From an uncultured delta proteobacterium (GTDB taxonomy: Bacteria; Myxococcota_A; Polyangia; Haliangiales; Haliangiaceae), in assembly GCA_963848295.1 (NCBI GenBank), contig CAWKDB010000010.1, positions 3,744,001-3,808,000 on the forward strand: a stretch of DNA of 64,000 bases, given 5' to 3'. A program made the position numbers and the translations under genes. This document shows, one piece after another, positions 10,748 through 19,847 of the stretch (positions are counted from its first letter, which is position 1; every line of letters starts with the position of its first letter). Below the pieces are notes generated by a model that saw only the letters and a program-made list of their open reading frames with translations, was not told the origin of the DNA and ran no database searches.

Positions 10748-12199
10748 ATGATTCGCTTAGCGACCGCGGCTCTCGCCCTTCCGTTCCTCGCGCTGGTGGC
10801 AACTCAACCTTCCTGCACCCAGGCTGCGACCGATGACGACCCGGATGGCGACCCGGTGCTCGACGGCAAGTCTGACGGAGCGAGCCCGATCCTCAAGGGT
10901 GTGCTCGACTGGACCGGCTCGCAAGACGTGGCGTTCACCGACGACAGCGGGGACAGCACGAAGCTCGTGTATCTGACGTTCTCGCTGTCGGGCGATGCCG
11001 ACGTCGTGGTCGATACTCGAGCGCCCGCATCGAACGGGTCGAGCAGCCTCGATACCGTGCTCTACATCTACAAGCCGACCGGCGATGACTGGAACGCATA
11101 CCTCTATCGCAACGACAACGGCGGCGCCGGCAAGTACTCGCAGATCTCGGCGCACCTCGGCGCGGGTGATTACCGCGTGTTGATCCGGCGCAAGACCGGC
11201 ACCGGCACGCCGAACGTCGGCGTGGCAGCGACCTGCTCGGGCGCCGGTTGCGCCCCGGCGGTCGAGATGGGTTGCACCGCGCTGGCGCCGCGTACCGTGG
11301 ATCCCGAGATCTTCATCGGGCCCGACACCTGGGAGTCGAACATCGAAGCACAGATCGACAGCGCGACGACCTCGCTAGACGTTCAGATGTACCTGTTCAC
11401 CGTCACGGATATCGCGCAACACATCATCACCGCCGCCACGATGCGCGGCATCGCGGTGCGCGTGCTGACCGACAACAGCGAAGGCCCGAACAACGCCGCG
11501 GTGATCGCGCTGCTGAACGGCGCGCACATCCCGAATCACATCGACCCGACGATCTTCTCGTTTGCCCACGCGAAGTACATGATCGTCGACAAGCAGACCG
11601 CGGTGATCTTGTCCGGCAACTTCAACGTCGGCGCGGTGACCACCACCGGCGGCGGCGAGCGCAACTACGGCATCATCGATCGCGATCCGCAGGACGTCGC
11701 GGACCTCCAGAAGGTGTACGAGAGCGACTGGGCCGCCGGTCCGGAACCGGATCTCAGCTGCACTCGGCTGATCGTGTCGCCGATCAACTCGAAGCAGCGC
11801 GTGCTCGACCACGTCAACGCGGCCACGAGCACGCTCGACATCGAGGTGCTCTACCTCGACGACCTCGACGTTCGTGCCGCGATCGTCGCTGCCGCGCAGG
11901 TCCGCCACGTCGCGGTCCGCATCCTGTTGTCCGACCCGGCGAAGAACCCACAGAACACCGACACCCAGACCTACTTCGCCGGCCTCGGCATCCCGACGAA
12001 GTTCTTGCTCACCAACTACCTGCACGCGAAGATGTTGCAGTCCGACGGCGTCGCGCAGGTCGCCTCCGAGAACATGTCGGAGACGTCGCTGACGAAGAAC
12101 CGCGAGGTCGGTGAGCTGATCTTCGAGCCGACCCCGGCCGGCGAGATCCACGCTCAATACGAAGCGGACTGGGCCGCCGGCGTCGATTCGCCGAACTAG
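10748..12199 (+). CDS. exported phospholipase D superfamily protein with N-terminal PPC-like domain
   Basis: Two HxKxxxxD motifs (HAKYMIVD..SGNF, HAKMLQSD..SENM); signal peptide/lipobox-like ..TQPSC; acidic DGKSDG linker; DTVLYIY..NDN..SQI domain. Confidence 0.88.
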   Translation: MIRLATAALALPFLALVATQPSCTQAATDDDPDGDPVLDGKSDGASPILKGVLDWTGSQDVAFTDDSGDSTKLVYLTFSLSGDADVVVDTRAPASNGSSSLDTVLYIYKPTGDDWNAYLYRNDNGGAGKYSQISAHLGAGDYRVLIRRKTGTGTPNVGVAATCSGAGCAPAVEMGCTALAPRTVDPEIFIGPDTWESNIEAQIDSATTSLDVQMYLFTVTDIAQHIITAATMRGIAVRVLTDNSEGPNNAAVIALLNGAHIPNHIDPTIFSFAHAKYMIVDKQTAVILSGNFNVGAVTTTGGGERNYGIIDRDPQDVADLQKVYESDWAAGPEPDLSCTRLIVSPINSKQRVLDHVNAATSTLDIEVLYLDDLDVRAAIVAAAQVRHVAVRILLSDPAKNPQNTDTQTYFAGLGIPTKFLLTNYLHAKMLQSDGVAQVASENMSETSLTKNREVGELIFEPTPAGEIHAQYEADWAAGVDSPN

Positions 12200-12225
12200 C
12201 GCGGATAGGAGCGGCTCGGGCGTGC

Positions 12226-12240
12226 TGTCCGGTATTGGCA
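12226..12240 (-). repeat. 15-bp inverted repeat, right copy (TGTCCGGTATTGGCA on +)
   Basis: Exact reverse complement of 10534-10548. Confidence 0.85.
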
Positions 12241-12278
12241 GCCGTGCAATAGCAGCGCGAGGATGCGCCGACGGACGC

Positions 12279-12309
12279 TTGACGCGATGCGTCCAAGCGG
12301 CCATAAAAT
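12279..12309 (+). promoter_or_regulatory. putative sigma70-type promoter of acyl-CoA dehydrogenase
   Basis: TTGACG (12279-84) and TAAAAT (12304-09); 19-bp spacer is long. Confidence 0.45.
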
Positions 12310-12326
12310 GAATGACGGTTCATTCA
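12309..12326. promoter_or_regulatory. palindromic operator TGAATGA-N4-TCATTCA, TetR-family-like
   Basis: Perfect 7-4-7 AT-rich palindrome abutting the -10 box upstream of a beta-oxidation gene. Confidence 0.75.
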
Positions 12327-12342
12327 CCCGCGAGGATCCGCG

Positions 12343-14169
12343 ATGGCGCAGCAGAACTACTACAAGGCCAACCTCCGTGACCTGAGCTTCCTGCTGTTCG
12401 AGCAGTTTCATCTCGACGAGCTGCTCGGCAAAGCGCCGTACCCGAACTGGGGCAAGGACGAAGTCCTCGCCGTGATCGAAGAGTCGTACGGCTGGGTCCA
12501 GAAGTATCTCGGGCCGATCAACGCCGGCGGAGACGACGGCTGTCGGATCGACAAGGGGCAGGTCCACGTGCCGGCCGGGTTCAAGGAAGCGTGGAAGGCG
12601 TTGTTCGAAGCGGGTTGGCGCACGCTCGCGATCGAGGAGTCGAACGGCGGGCAGGGTGGGCCGTTCACGCTCGCGATGATGGTCGAGGAATTCATGTGCG
12701 GCTCGTGCACGTCGTTCAACATGTACCCGGCGCTGACCCAGGGCGCGGCCGACGTGATCACCGCGTTCGGCACGCCGGAGCAGCAGAAGACGTACGTCCC
12801 GCGAATGTTCGATGGTTCGTATGCAGGCACGATGTGCTTGACCGAGCCGCAAGCGGGCTCGGACGTCGGCTCCGCGACTACCCAGGCGAAGCGCCGGCCC
12901 GACGGCAAGTACGAGATCAAGGGCACGAAGATCTTCATCTCCGGCGGCGATCAGGACATGACGGCGAACATCATCCACATGGTGCTCGCTAGAACGCCGG
13001 ACGCGCCGCCCGGCACGAAGGGGCTGTCGCTGTTCATCGTGCCCAAGCTGAAACCCGACGGCACGAGCAACGACGTCGCGACCGCCGGGATCGAGCACAA
13101 GATGGGCATCAAGGGCTCGTCGACCGCGCAGCTCGTGTTCGGCGACAACGACAACTGCGTCGGCGAGCTCGTCGGCACGATCGAGCAAAAGGGCATGTCG
13201 CAGATGTTCCACCTGATGAACTACGCCCGGATCGGCGTCGGAATTCAGGGACTGGCGCTCGCATCGTCGGCGTATCTCAATGCGCTCGACTATGCGAAGG
13301 ATCGCAAGCAAGGTAGCTCGATCAAGCACTGGAAGGACGCCGCGGCGCCGCGCGTGCCGATCATCGAGCATCCCGATGTCCGGCGCATGCTGCTCGACAT
13401 GAAGTCGCGGATCGAGGGCATTCGCGCGCTTGCGGTCAAGCTGACCATGCACATCGACCGCGCGACCGCGATCGAGAAGACCGGCGGCGACAAGGCCGCG
13501 GCCGAGCACCACCACGGTCAGGTCGATCTGCTGGTGCCGTTGCTCAAGGCGTACGGCAGCGACCAGGCCTTCCAGGTCTGCGCGACCGCGATCCAAGTCT
13601 ACGGCGGTGCGGGCTATCTCAAGGATTGGCCGGTCGAGCAGTACTGTCGCGACTCGAAGATCTTTTCGATCTACGAGGGTACGAACCACATCCAAGCGAT
13701 GGATCTCGTCGGCCGCAAGCTGATGCAGCGCGGCGGCGCGAACGTGCAGGCGTTCACGAAGGATGTCGCCGCGTTCGTCGCGACCAACAAAGACCACGCG
13801 ACGCTCAAAGACTCGATCGCCGTGCTCGGCCAAGCCATGGACGCGTTGACCGCGACCGGCGGGAAGTTCATGCAGTGGTTCGGCGGCGGCAAGATGGAGA
13901 TGGTTCCGGCAGCGGCGAACCGCTTCCTCGAGATGATGTCCGAGCTCACGATCGGCTGGCTGCTCCTCGAGCAAGCCGTGATCGCGGAAGCGGCGCTCGC
14001 GAAAGTCACGGCCGATCACCCCGACCACGGCTTCTACACCGGCAAGCGTTTTGCCGCGCAGTACTTCGCCGCGAACGTGCTGCCCGGCGTTGCGGCGAAG
14101 GCGCAGCTCATCGCGCGTGAGGATCGCTCTGCGATCGATGTTCCTATCGACGCGTTCCCGCACGCCTGA
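12343..14169 (+). CDS. acyl-CoA dehydrogenase (long, ~600 aa type)
   Basis: GTMCLTEPQAGSD, GTKIFIS, EHKMGIKGS, QVYGGAGY, IYEGTNHIQAMDL. Confidence 0.96.
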   Translation: MAQQNYYKANLRDLSFLLFEQFHLDELLGKAPYPNWGKDEVLAVIEESYGWVQKYLGPINAGGDDGCRIDKGQVHVPAGFKEAWKALFEAGWRTLAIEESNGGQGGPFTLAMMVEEFMCGSCTSFNMYPALTQGAADVITAFGTPEQQKTYVPRMFDGSYAGTMCLTEPQAGSDVGSATTQAKRRPDGKYEIKGTKIFISGGDQDMTANIIHMVLARTPDAPPGTKGLSLFIVPKLKPDGTSNDVATAGIEHKMGIKGSSTAQLVFGDNDNCVGELVGTIEQKGMSQMFHLMNYARIGVGIQGLALASSAYLNALDYAKDRKQGSSIKHWKDAAAPRVPIIEHPDVRRMLLDMKSRIEGIRALAVKLTMHIDRATAIEKTGGDKAAAEHHHGQVDLLVPLLKAYGSDQAFQVCATAIQVYGGAGYLKDWPVEQYCRDSKIFSIYEGTNHIQAMDLVGRKLMQRGGANVQAFTKDVAAFVATNKDHATLKDSIAVLGQAMDALTATGGKFMQWFGGGKMEMVPAAANRFLEMMSELTIGWLLLEQAVIAEAALAKVTADHPDHGFYTGKRFAAQYFAANVLPGVAAKAQLIAREDRSAIDVPIDAFPHA

Positions 14170-14196
14170 GCGGGCGACTAACGTATAGTCGGTGCG

Positions 14197-14319
14197 ATGA
14201 CTCGCGCGTTCGCGCTCGCCACGGTGCTCGCCGGTTGTGGCAGCACGGCGCCGACGCCCGCGACACCTGTGCCTGTGCCGGCTGCACCGGCGCGTTCACC
14301 TGCGCCTCCGCTGCCCTGA
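14197..14319 (+). CDS. 40-aa Pro-rich putative lipopeptide ORF (not in ORF track)
   Basis: MTRAFALATVLAGCGSTAPTPATPVPVPAAPARSPAPPLP*; LAGC lipobox; TATAGT 7 nt upstream; same frame as the next CDS. Confidence 0.55.
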   Translation: MTRAFALATVLAGCGSTAPTPATPVPVPAAPARSPAPPLP

Positions 14320-14322
14320 GCC

Positions 14323-15195
14323 ATGAGTGAAGATCTCGAGCTGACGGTGGTCCAGCCGGCGAGGGATGAGCTCGGCTATCTGGGCGCGTTCGCGATCGAC
14401 GAGCGTGCGATCTATGCGGTCGGCGGGCTATCGAGCGCCGCGCCGACGCTGCTCGTCTCGACCGACGGCAGACAGTTCGCGAGACGCGCGACGCCGCGCG
14501 AGCTCGGGCTGCGAGACGTGCGTATGATCGGCGATGCGCTGTGGGTGTGCGGCGAGTACGGCCAGCTCGCGGCGTCTCGCGATCGCGGCGAGACCTGGAA
14601 GCTCGTGGCTACCGGCACGACCGAGTGCTTGTTCGGACTCGCGGTCGCGGCGGATGGCGCGCTGTGGGTCATCGGCGATCGCGGCTTCGCGGCAAGAGTC
14701 ACCTGCGACCAGGCCGAACGAGTCGCGTCGGAGACCGACGTGAGGTTATCAGCCGCGTTCGCGCTCGGCGACGAGATGCTCGGGCTCGGTGGCGATGGCG
14801 GGATTCGCCGCTGGCGCGGCGGCACGGTTTCGATCGCGGCGAGCGGCAGTAGCAGACCGCTGACCGGGTTCGTGCGAACGCGCGACGACACCTGGGTCGT
14901 GGTCGGCGACGCGGGCTTCGTCTCGCGCTCGCCCGATGGCGCCTGGTTTACCGTCGTGAAGACCGAGGTCACCTGCGACTTCGAAGCGGTCACGATGCTC
15001 GCCGACGGCCGGATCGTGATCGTCGGCGACGGTGGGACCGTGTTGGTCTCGGCCGACGATGGCCGCCACTGGACGGCTCCGGCGATCGCGCCCGAGCTCG
15101 GCGACGCTCACTTGTGGAGCATCGCGCCGTATCGCGACGGGGCGCTCGTCGGCGGTGACCGGGGCCTCGTCGCGCGCTTGGGACCGCGCACGTGA
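14323..15195 (+). CDS. BNR/YCF48-like beta-propeller protein
   Basis: Asp-box-like repeats (SRDRGETW, SPDGAWF, SADDGRHW) and recurring VGDxG. Confidence 0.8.
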   Translation: MSEDLELTVVQPARDELGYLGAFAIDERAIYAVGGLSSAAPTLLVSTDGRQFARRATPRELGLRDVRMIGDALWVCGEYGQLAASRDRGETWKLVATGTTECLFGLAVAADGALWVIGDRGFAARVTCDQAERVASETDVRLSAAFALGDEMLGLGGDGGIRRWRGGTVSIAASGSSRPLTGFVRTRDDTWVVVGDAGFVSRSPDGAWFTVVKTEVTCDFEAVTMLADGRIVIVGDGGTVLVSADDGRHWTAPAIAPELGDAHLWSIAPYRDGALVGGDRGLVARLGPRT

Positions 15196-16736
15196 AGCTC
15201 GACTCCGAACGCGACTACACGCTCGAGCTCGAGCTCGACGAGGCAGACGACTCGACGTCGCTCGCGCGCAAGCTCGCGGCTCAGCTCGGTGTCGCACCGG
15301 CCGAGCTCCCGGCGATCGAGCTGCGCCGGCGCTCGATCGACGCGCGCCGCGGCCGCGTCCGGTTCCACCTCGTCGTCGGCGGAGCGCGCATCGAGCCGAT
15401 CGGTGGTGCGCCGCTGCGCGAGACCGCCGGGCCGCCGGTCGTCATCGTCGGCGCCGGGCCGGCCGGCTTGTTCTGCGCGTACGAGCTCGCGCGCGCCGGC
15501 GTGCGCTCGGTGATCGTCGATCGCGGCAAGGACGTGCAAGCGCGCCGTCGCGATCTCAAAGGCCTGACCCGGCACGGCACGGTGGACGGCGATTCGAACT
15601 ATTGCTTCGGCGAGGGAGGCGCCGGCACGTACTCCGACGGCAAGCTCTACACGCGCGCGCACAAGCGCGGTGACGTGCGCGATGTCATCGAGGTCCTCGC
15701 GAAGCACGGCGCGCCGCACGAGATCCTCGTCGACGCCCGGCCGCATATCGGCTCGAACAAGCTGCCGAAAGTGATCGCCGCGTTGCGCGACGCGCTCGTC
15801 GCGGTCGGCAGCGAGATCCGGTTCGGCGGGCGCGCGACCGAGCTCGTCGTCAAAGACGGGCGCGCGATCGGCGTGGCGCTCGCGAGCGGCGAGGAGCTCG
15901 TCGGCCGAGCCGTCGTGATCGCGACCGGGCACTCGGCGCGAGATGTCCACCACTGGCTCGCCCGCGCGGGCGTGCGGCTCGAAGCGAAGGCGTTCGCGAT
16001 GGGCGTGCGGATCGAGCATCCTCAGCCGCTGATCGATCGCGCGCAGTATGGTCGCGCGGCCGGCCACCCGCGGCTCGCCGCGGCCGCGTATCGGCTCGCG
16101 TTCACGCCGAGCGATGGTCGCGGCGCGTTCTCGTTCTGCATGTGCCCGGGTGGCTGGATCGTGCCGGCGGCGACCGAGCCCGACGGTGTCGTCGTCAACG
16201 GCATGAGCCTGTCGCGCCGCGACTCGCCGTACGCGAACAGCGGCTTGGTCGTCTCGGTCGAGCCCGCCGACTTCGGCGGTGACCCGTTCAACGGCGTCGA
16301 GCTGCAACGCACGCTCGAGCGCGCCGCGGCGATCGCCGGTGGCGGGCAGCTCCGCGCACCCGCCACTCGCGCGACCGACTTCGTCGCCGGCAAGTCATCA
16401 TCGACCGTGCCGGCGTCGAGCTACGAGCCCGGGCTCGCCGCCGGCAACATCGCGGACGTGCTCGCGACCACCGGCTTGCCACTCGCCGCGCGGCTGCGCG
16501 ATGCGATCACCGCGTTCGATCGGCAGATCCGCGGCTACCTCACCGCCGAAGCGGTGCTCGTCGGCGTCGAGTCGCGCACGTCATCGCCGCTGCGCGTGCC
16601 GCGCGATGCCGCGACGCTCGAGGCGATCCCCGGGCTCTACCCGTGCGGCGAAGGCGCGGGCTACGCCGGCGGCATCGTGTCGGCCGCGCTCGACGGCATA
16701 CGCGTCGCTCGAGCGATCACCGCGACGGGTCAGTGA
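15192..16736 (+). CDS. FAD-dependent oxidoreductase (COG2509-like)
   Basis: GAGPAG, FGEGGAGTYSDGKL, HIGSN, FSFCMCPGG, YPCGEGAGYAGGIVSAALDG. Confidence 0.92.
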   Translation: MKLDSERDYTLELELDEADDSTSLARKLAAQLGVAPAELPAIELRRRSIDARRGRVRFHLVVGGARIEPIGGAPLRETAGPPVVIVGAGPAGLFCAYELARAGVRSVIVDRGKDVQARRRDLKGLTRHGTVDGDSNYCFGEGGAGTYSDGKLYTRAHKRGDVRDVIEVLAKHGAPHEILVDARPHIGSNKLPKVIAALRDALVAVGSEIRFGGRATELVVKDGRAIGVALASGEELVGRAVVIATGHSARDVHHWLARAGVRLEAKAFAMGVRIEHPQPLIDRAQYGRAAGHPRLAAAAYRLAFTPSDGRGAFSFCMCPGGWIVPAATEPDGVVVNGMSLSRRDSPYANSGLVVSVEPADFGGDPFNGVELQRTLERAAAIAGGGQLRAPATRATDFVAGKSSSTVPASSYEPGLAAGNIADVLATTGLPLAARLRDAITAFDRQIRGYLTAEAVLVGVESRTSSPLRVPRDAATLEAIPGLYPCGEGAGYAGGIVSAALDGIRVARAITATGQ

Positions 16737-16781
16737 GCCCGAGCTTCGCGAGGTTCTTCGCCGCGCCCGCGACTCTCGATC

Positions 16782-17807
16782 CTAGAGCACCATGCGAATC
16801 GCAGCGTTGAGGCTGACCGCGGGCTCTTGCGACACCGTCGCTTGCACCGAGAGCTTGAGCTTCCACAAGTTGAGCTGAACGCCGCCGAACCCGCGCAGCA
16901 ACACGGGCGCGCCGGTGTTGCTGCCGTTGACCGTGATCGCCGACATCCCGACCTCGCGACCATCGCCCGTCTTGATGTCGCCGGTGAGGTTCGCGTTGAT
17001 CTTCGCGGTGCCGGTCGTGAAGTCGGCGCCGCCGCCGGCATAGACGCTGACGAGCTCGACGATCCGCAAGCCGGTCGAGATGTCGACCGGGACGGTGTAG
17101 GTCGTCGCTGCCAGGTTGAACGTGCCGGTGGAGGTCATCGTCAGATCCGCGCTGCCCTGCGAGCCGGTGATCGGCAGATCACTCGGGATCTGTTGCTCTG
17201 CGCCGAGCGTCCACTTCGTGTATTCGAAGCCGCTCGTCACGTCGACGCCGATCCAGCGCAGCGCGATCGCGGCACCGCCGTCGGCCTGCGGTTCGATCAA
17301 CCGATACTGCAAGTGAGCGCCAAAGCTCGTGAGGTGACCGCTGAGCTCGCTCGTCGCCGCCTTCTCGTAGAACCCGTTCGCGAACAGCGTCCAGCGCGGA
17401 TAGTCGAAGCCGCGCAGGTTCGTGCCGAGCATGATGCCGAAGTTCGGCGCGAGCCCTGCAGTCGGCTTGTCGGTGCCGGTCAGATAGTCCGGCGACGAGG
17501 CCGCGACGTTCGCCGCGACCCCGATCATGAAGTCGTGCGGCATCGACACGTAGTCGACGCCGAGCCCGCGGTTCGAGAACGACACCGCGTTCGCGAAGCC
17601 GCGCAGGAAGCCGCCGACGTTGTTCGTCTGGTAGATGTCGTTGACGTCCGACTGGATCTTGTTCGCGAGATCGCTCGGCTGCAACCCGAGCTGAGTCGCC
17701 AGAGCATTGCCATCGGGCGTGAGCGTGACGGTCACCGCCGATTGCGCGCGCGCCGCGGTCGACAGTGCCACCAGCGACGCGACGACCACGCACGAAGCTA
17801 AGCGCAT
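16782..17807 (-). CDS. exported hypothetical protein, probable outer-membrane beta-barrel
   Basis: Signal peptide ending ARA-Q; C-terminal two thirds made of amphipathic Gly/aromatic strands. Confidence 0.6.
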   Translation of the reverse strand: MRLASCVVVASLVALSTAARAQSAVTVTLTPDGNALATQLGLQPSDLANKIQSDVNDIYQTNNVGGFLRGFANAVSFSNRGLGVDYVSMPHDFMIGVAANVAASSPDYLTGTDKPTAGLAPNFGIMLGTNLRGFDYPRWTLFANGFYEKAATSELSGHLTSFGAHLQYRLIEPQADGGAAIALRWIGVDVTSGFEYTKWTLGAEQQIPSDLPITGSQGSADLTMTSTGTFNLAATTYTVPVDISTGLRIVELVSVYAGGGADFTTGTAKINANLTGDIKTGDGREVGMSAITVNGSNTGAPVLLRGFGGVQLNLWKLKLSVQATVSQEPAVSLNAAIRMVL

Positions 17808-17819
17808 CTCGCCATCGTA

Positions 17820-19847
17820 TCAGAGAGTGCGGCGGATCCCTTCGCGCACCCCGACGCGGGGCGTCCAGCCGAGCAAGTCGTGAGCGCGCTCACTCTCGTA
17901 GTGCAGGCGGGCGAGCGCCGACTTGAGGCGATAGACCGCGACCGGGCTCTGGCGGCCGAGCGCGCCGAGCGGATACTCCGAGAGCTTGCCGAGCGCGAAG
18001 ATGATCGGGCGTGGGACTTTGATCACGCGCTTGCTACGGCCGGCGAGGCCGAGCACGTCGTCCTGCGTGAGCGTGTCGGGGTCGATCAGCTGGATCACTT
18101 CGCCGGCGACGAGCTGCTTGTCGATCGAAGCGACGATCGCGTCGACCACGTCATCGATGTAGACGAGCGGGAGCTCGATCCGGCCGTCGCCGAGCACGAG
18201 CCACCGTCCGCCTGCGTTGCGCGCGACCGCGCCGTTGATCAGCGGGATCCCGCCGCCGAAGATCTGACCGGGTCGCAAGATCACGCATGGCAACCCAGCC
18301 GCGGCGGCGTCGGCGACGAGCCGCTCGGCTTCGAGCTTCGCTCGGGTATACGCACCGCGCTCGTCGGCGCGTGGCTCGAGGGCCGCGCCTTCGCCGACCG
18401 GACCGTTGCCGGCCGAGCCCGCCCAGTCGATCACCGACATCGACGAGATGTGGACGAGCTGGTGGACGTGGTGCTGCTTGCACGCGTCGATCACGTTTTG
18501 CGTACCGACGACGGTGCCGCCTTTGTGATCGGGCCAGCCGCCCTTCATCGCGGCGCCGGCGTGGATCACGATTTCGGCACCCTTCACGGCGCGATCGACC
18601 GCGACCGGATCGCCGAGGTTGCCGAAGCAATACTCGACGCCCTCTTGCGGCTTCGCCGGGATGCGTCGGACGAACACCCGGACGCGATGGCCGTCTTTGC
18701 GCAAGCGTGCGACGACCGCGCGGCCGACCGAGCCCGACGCGCCGGTGACCAGAAATGGCACGCGGTCGGCGAGCGCGAACCGGGCGAGCGCCGCCGCGTG
18801 ATCGGCGTCGGCAGCGCGCGCGACCTTCTCGACCCAGCGCACGACCTGCGCGGCGTCATCGACCGACACCGGCGGTGGCTCGCCCGCGGCGAGCCGGCGA
18901 TAGAAATCGGTGACCAGATCGCGCAGGCCTTGGTACGACTGGACCTCTTTGCGCACGAACTTCCACACGCCGACCGGCACGTCGATCAGCGGCTGGATCG
19001 AATCCGCGAACGCGTTGACGAGCCGTTCGGCCGCCTTTGGCAGCGGCGTCGAAGACCGCTTGCCGTGGAACATCGCGAATAGATCGACGCGCAGCACGCC
19101 CTTCGTGCCGTGGATGATCATCTGCGACTGCATCGGCTTCGTGTTCCACGTCAGCTGGAACTGACCGAGGCCGCGCTCGCACCGGACGAGCGCACGCCAT
19201 TCGTCGAACGCGAGGTTCGGCTCCCCGCCGAGTGATTGCCACTCGGCTTCGACGTCGGTGATCGGCCCGAGCAGCTCTTGCACGAGGTACATGCAGTGCA
19301 CGCCGAGATCGCGAAACGGATAGCCGGCGTCGCGATACCACGGCGGCAACGGTCCGCCTTCGTACGGCGGATACTCCGAACCGCGCAGGATGTCGACCGA
19401 CACGATCGAGCCGAGCCCGCCGGCCTTGACCGAGTCGAGCGCCTTCTTGACCTGCGGATCGTAGAGCAGCGAGTGGTTGACGGTCGCGACGAGGCCTTTG
19501 CGCTTCGCGACCTCGCCGATCTCGCGCGCGGCGGCTTCGTCCTCGGCGATCGGCTTCTCGATCAGCACGTGACAGCCGCGTTCGAGCGCGGCGAGCGCGA
19601 CCTTCGCGTGCGCGGACGGCGGGGTCAGGACGTGGATCACGTTGGCGCCTGCGGCGACCAGCGCGTCTAGATCCTTGTACGCGGTCGTGCCCCACTTTTC
19701 GGCGTTCGCTTGCGCGCGCGCGACGTCGAGATCGGTGATCCCGACGAGCTCGACGTCGGGCGCGAGCTTCTTGACCGCGGCGACGTGGAACTCGCAGATG
19801 TTGCCGGCGCCGACCATGCCGGCCTTGAATTTCGCTGTCATCGTCAT
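17820..19847 (-). CDS. Gfo/Idh/MocA oxidoreductase fused to NAD-dependent epimerase/dehydratase
   Basis: N-terminal GAGNI..HVLIEKP; C-terminal TGASGSVG..HISS..YTRAK..RPG; start at ATG 19847 overlapping the upstream stop. Confidence 0.88.
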   Translation of the reverse strand: MTMTAKFKAGMVGAGNICEFHVAAVKKLAPDVELVGITDLDVARAQANAEKWGTTAYKDLDALVAAGANVIHVLTPPSAHAKVALAALERGCHVLIEKPIAEDEAAAREIGEVAKRKGLVATVNHSLLYDPQVKKALDSVKAGGLGSIVSVDILRGSEYPPYEGGPLPPWYRDAGYPFRDLGVHCMYLVQELLGPITDVEAEWQSLGGEPNLAFDEWRALVRCERGLGQFQLTWNTKPMQSQMIIHGTKGVLRVDLFAMFHGKRSSTPLPKAAERLVNAFADSIQPLIDVPVGVWKFVRKEVQSYQGLRDLVTDFYRRLAAGEPPPVSVDDAAQVVRWVEKVARAADADHAAALARFALADRVPFLVTGASGSVGRAVVARLRKDGHRVRVFVRRIPAKPQEGVEYCFGNLGDPVAVDRAVKGAEIVIHAGAAMKGGWPDHKGGTVVGTQNVIDACKQHHVHQLVHISSMSVIDWAGSAGNGPVGEGAALEPRADERGAYTRAKLEAERLVADAAAAGLPCVILRPGQIFGGGIPLINGAVARNAGGRWLVLGDGRIELPLVYIDDVVDAIVASIDKQLVAGEVIQLIDPDTLTQDDVLGLAGRSKRVIKVPRPIIFALGKLSEYPLGALGRQSPVAVYRLKSALARLHYESERAHDLLGWTPRVGVREGIRRTL

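Noticed and set aside
10748..12199. PLD as an anti-phage nuclease or cardiolipin synthase (cls)
   Set aside because: Has an export signal and PPC-like domain, lacks Cls N-terminal TMs, and has no defence-gene context; substrate left unassigned
14317..14319. Selenocysteine recoding of the in-frame TGA
   Set aside because: Codon sits in a Pro-rich linker with no redox motif and no convincing SECIS was recognised; kept only as a generic read-through/nonsense hypothesis
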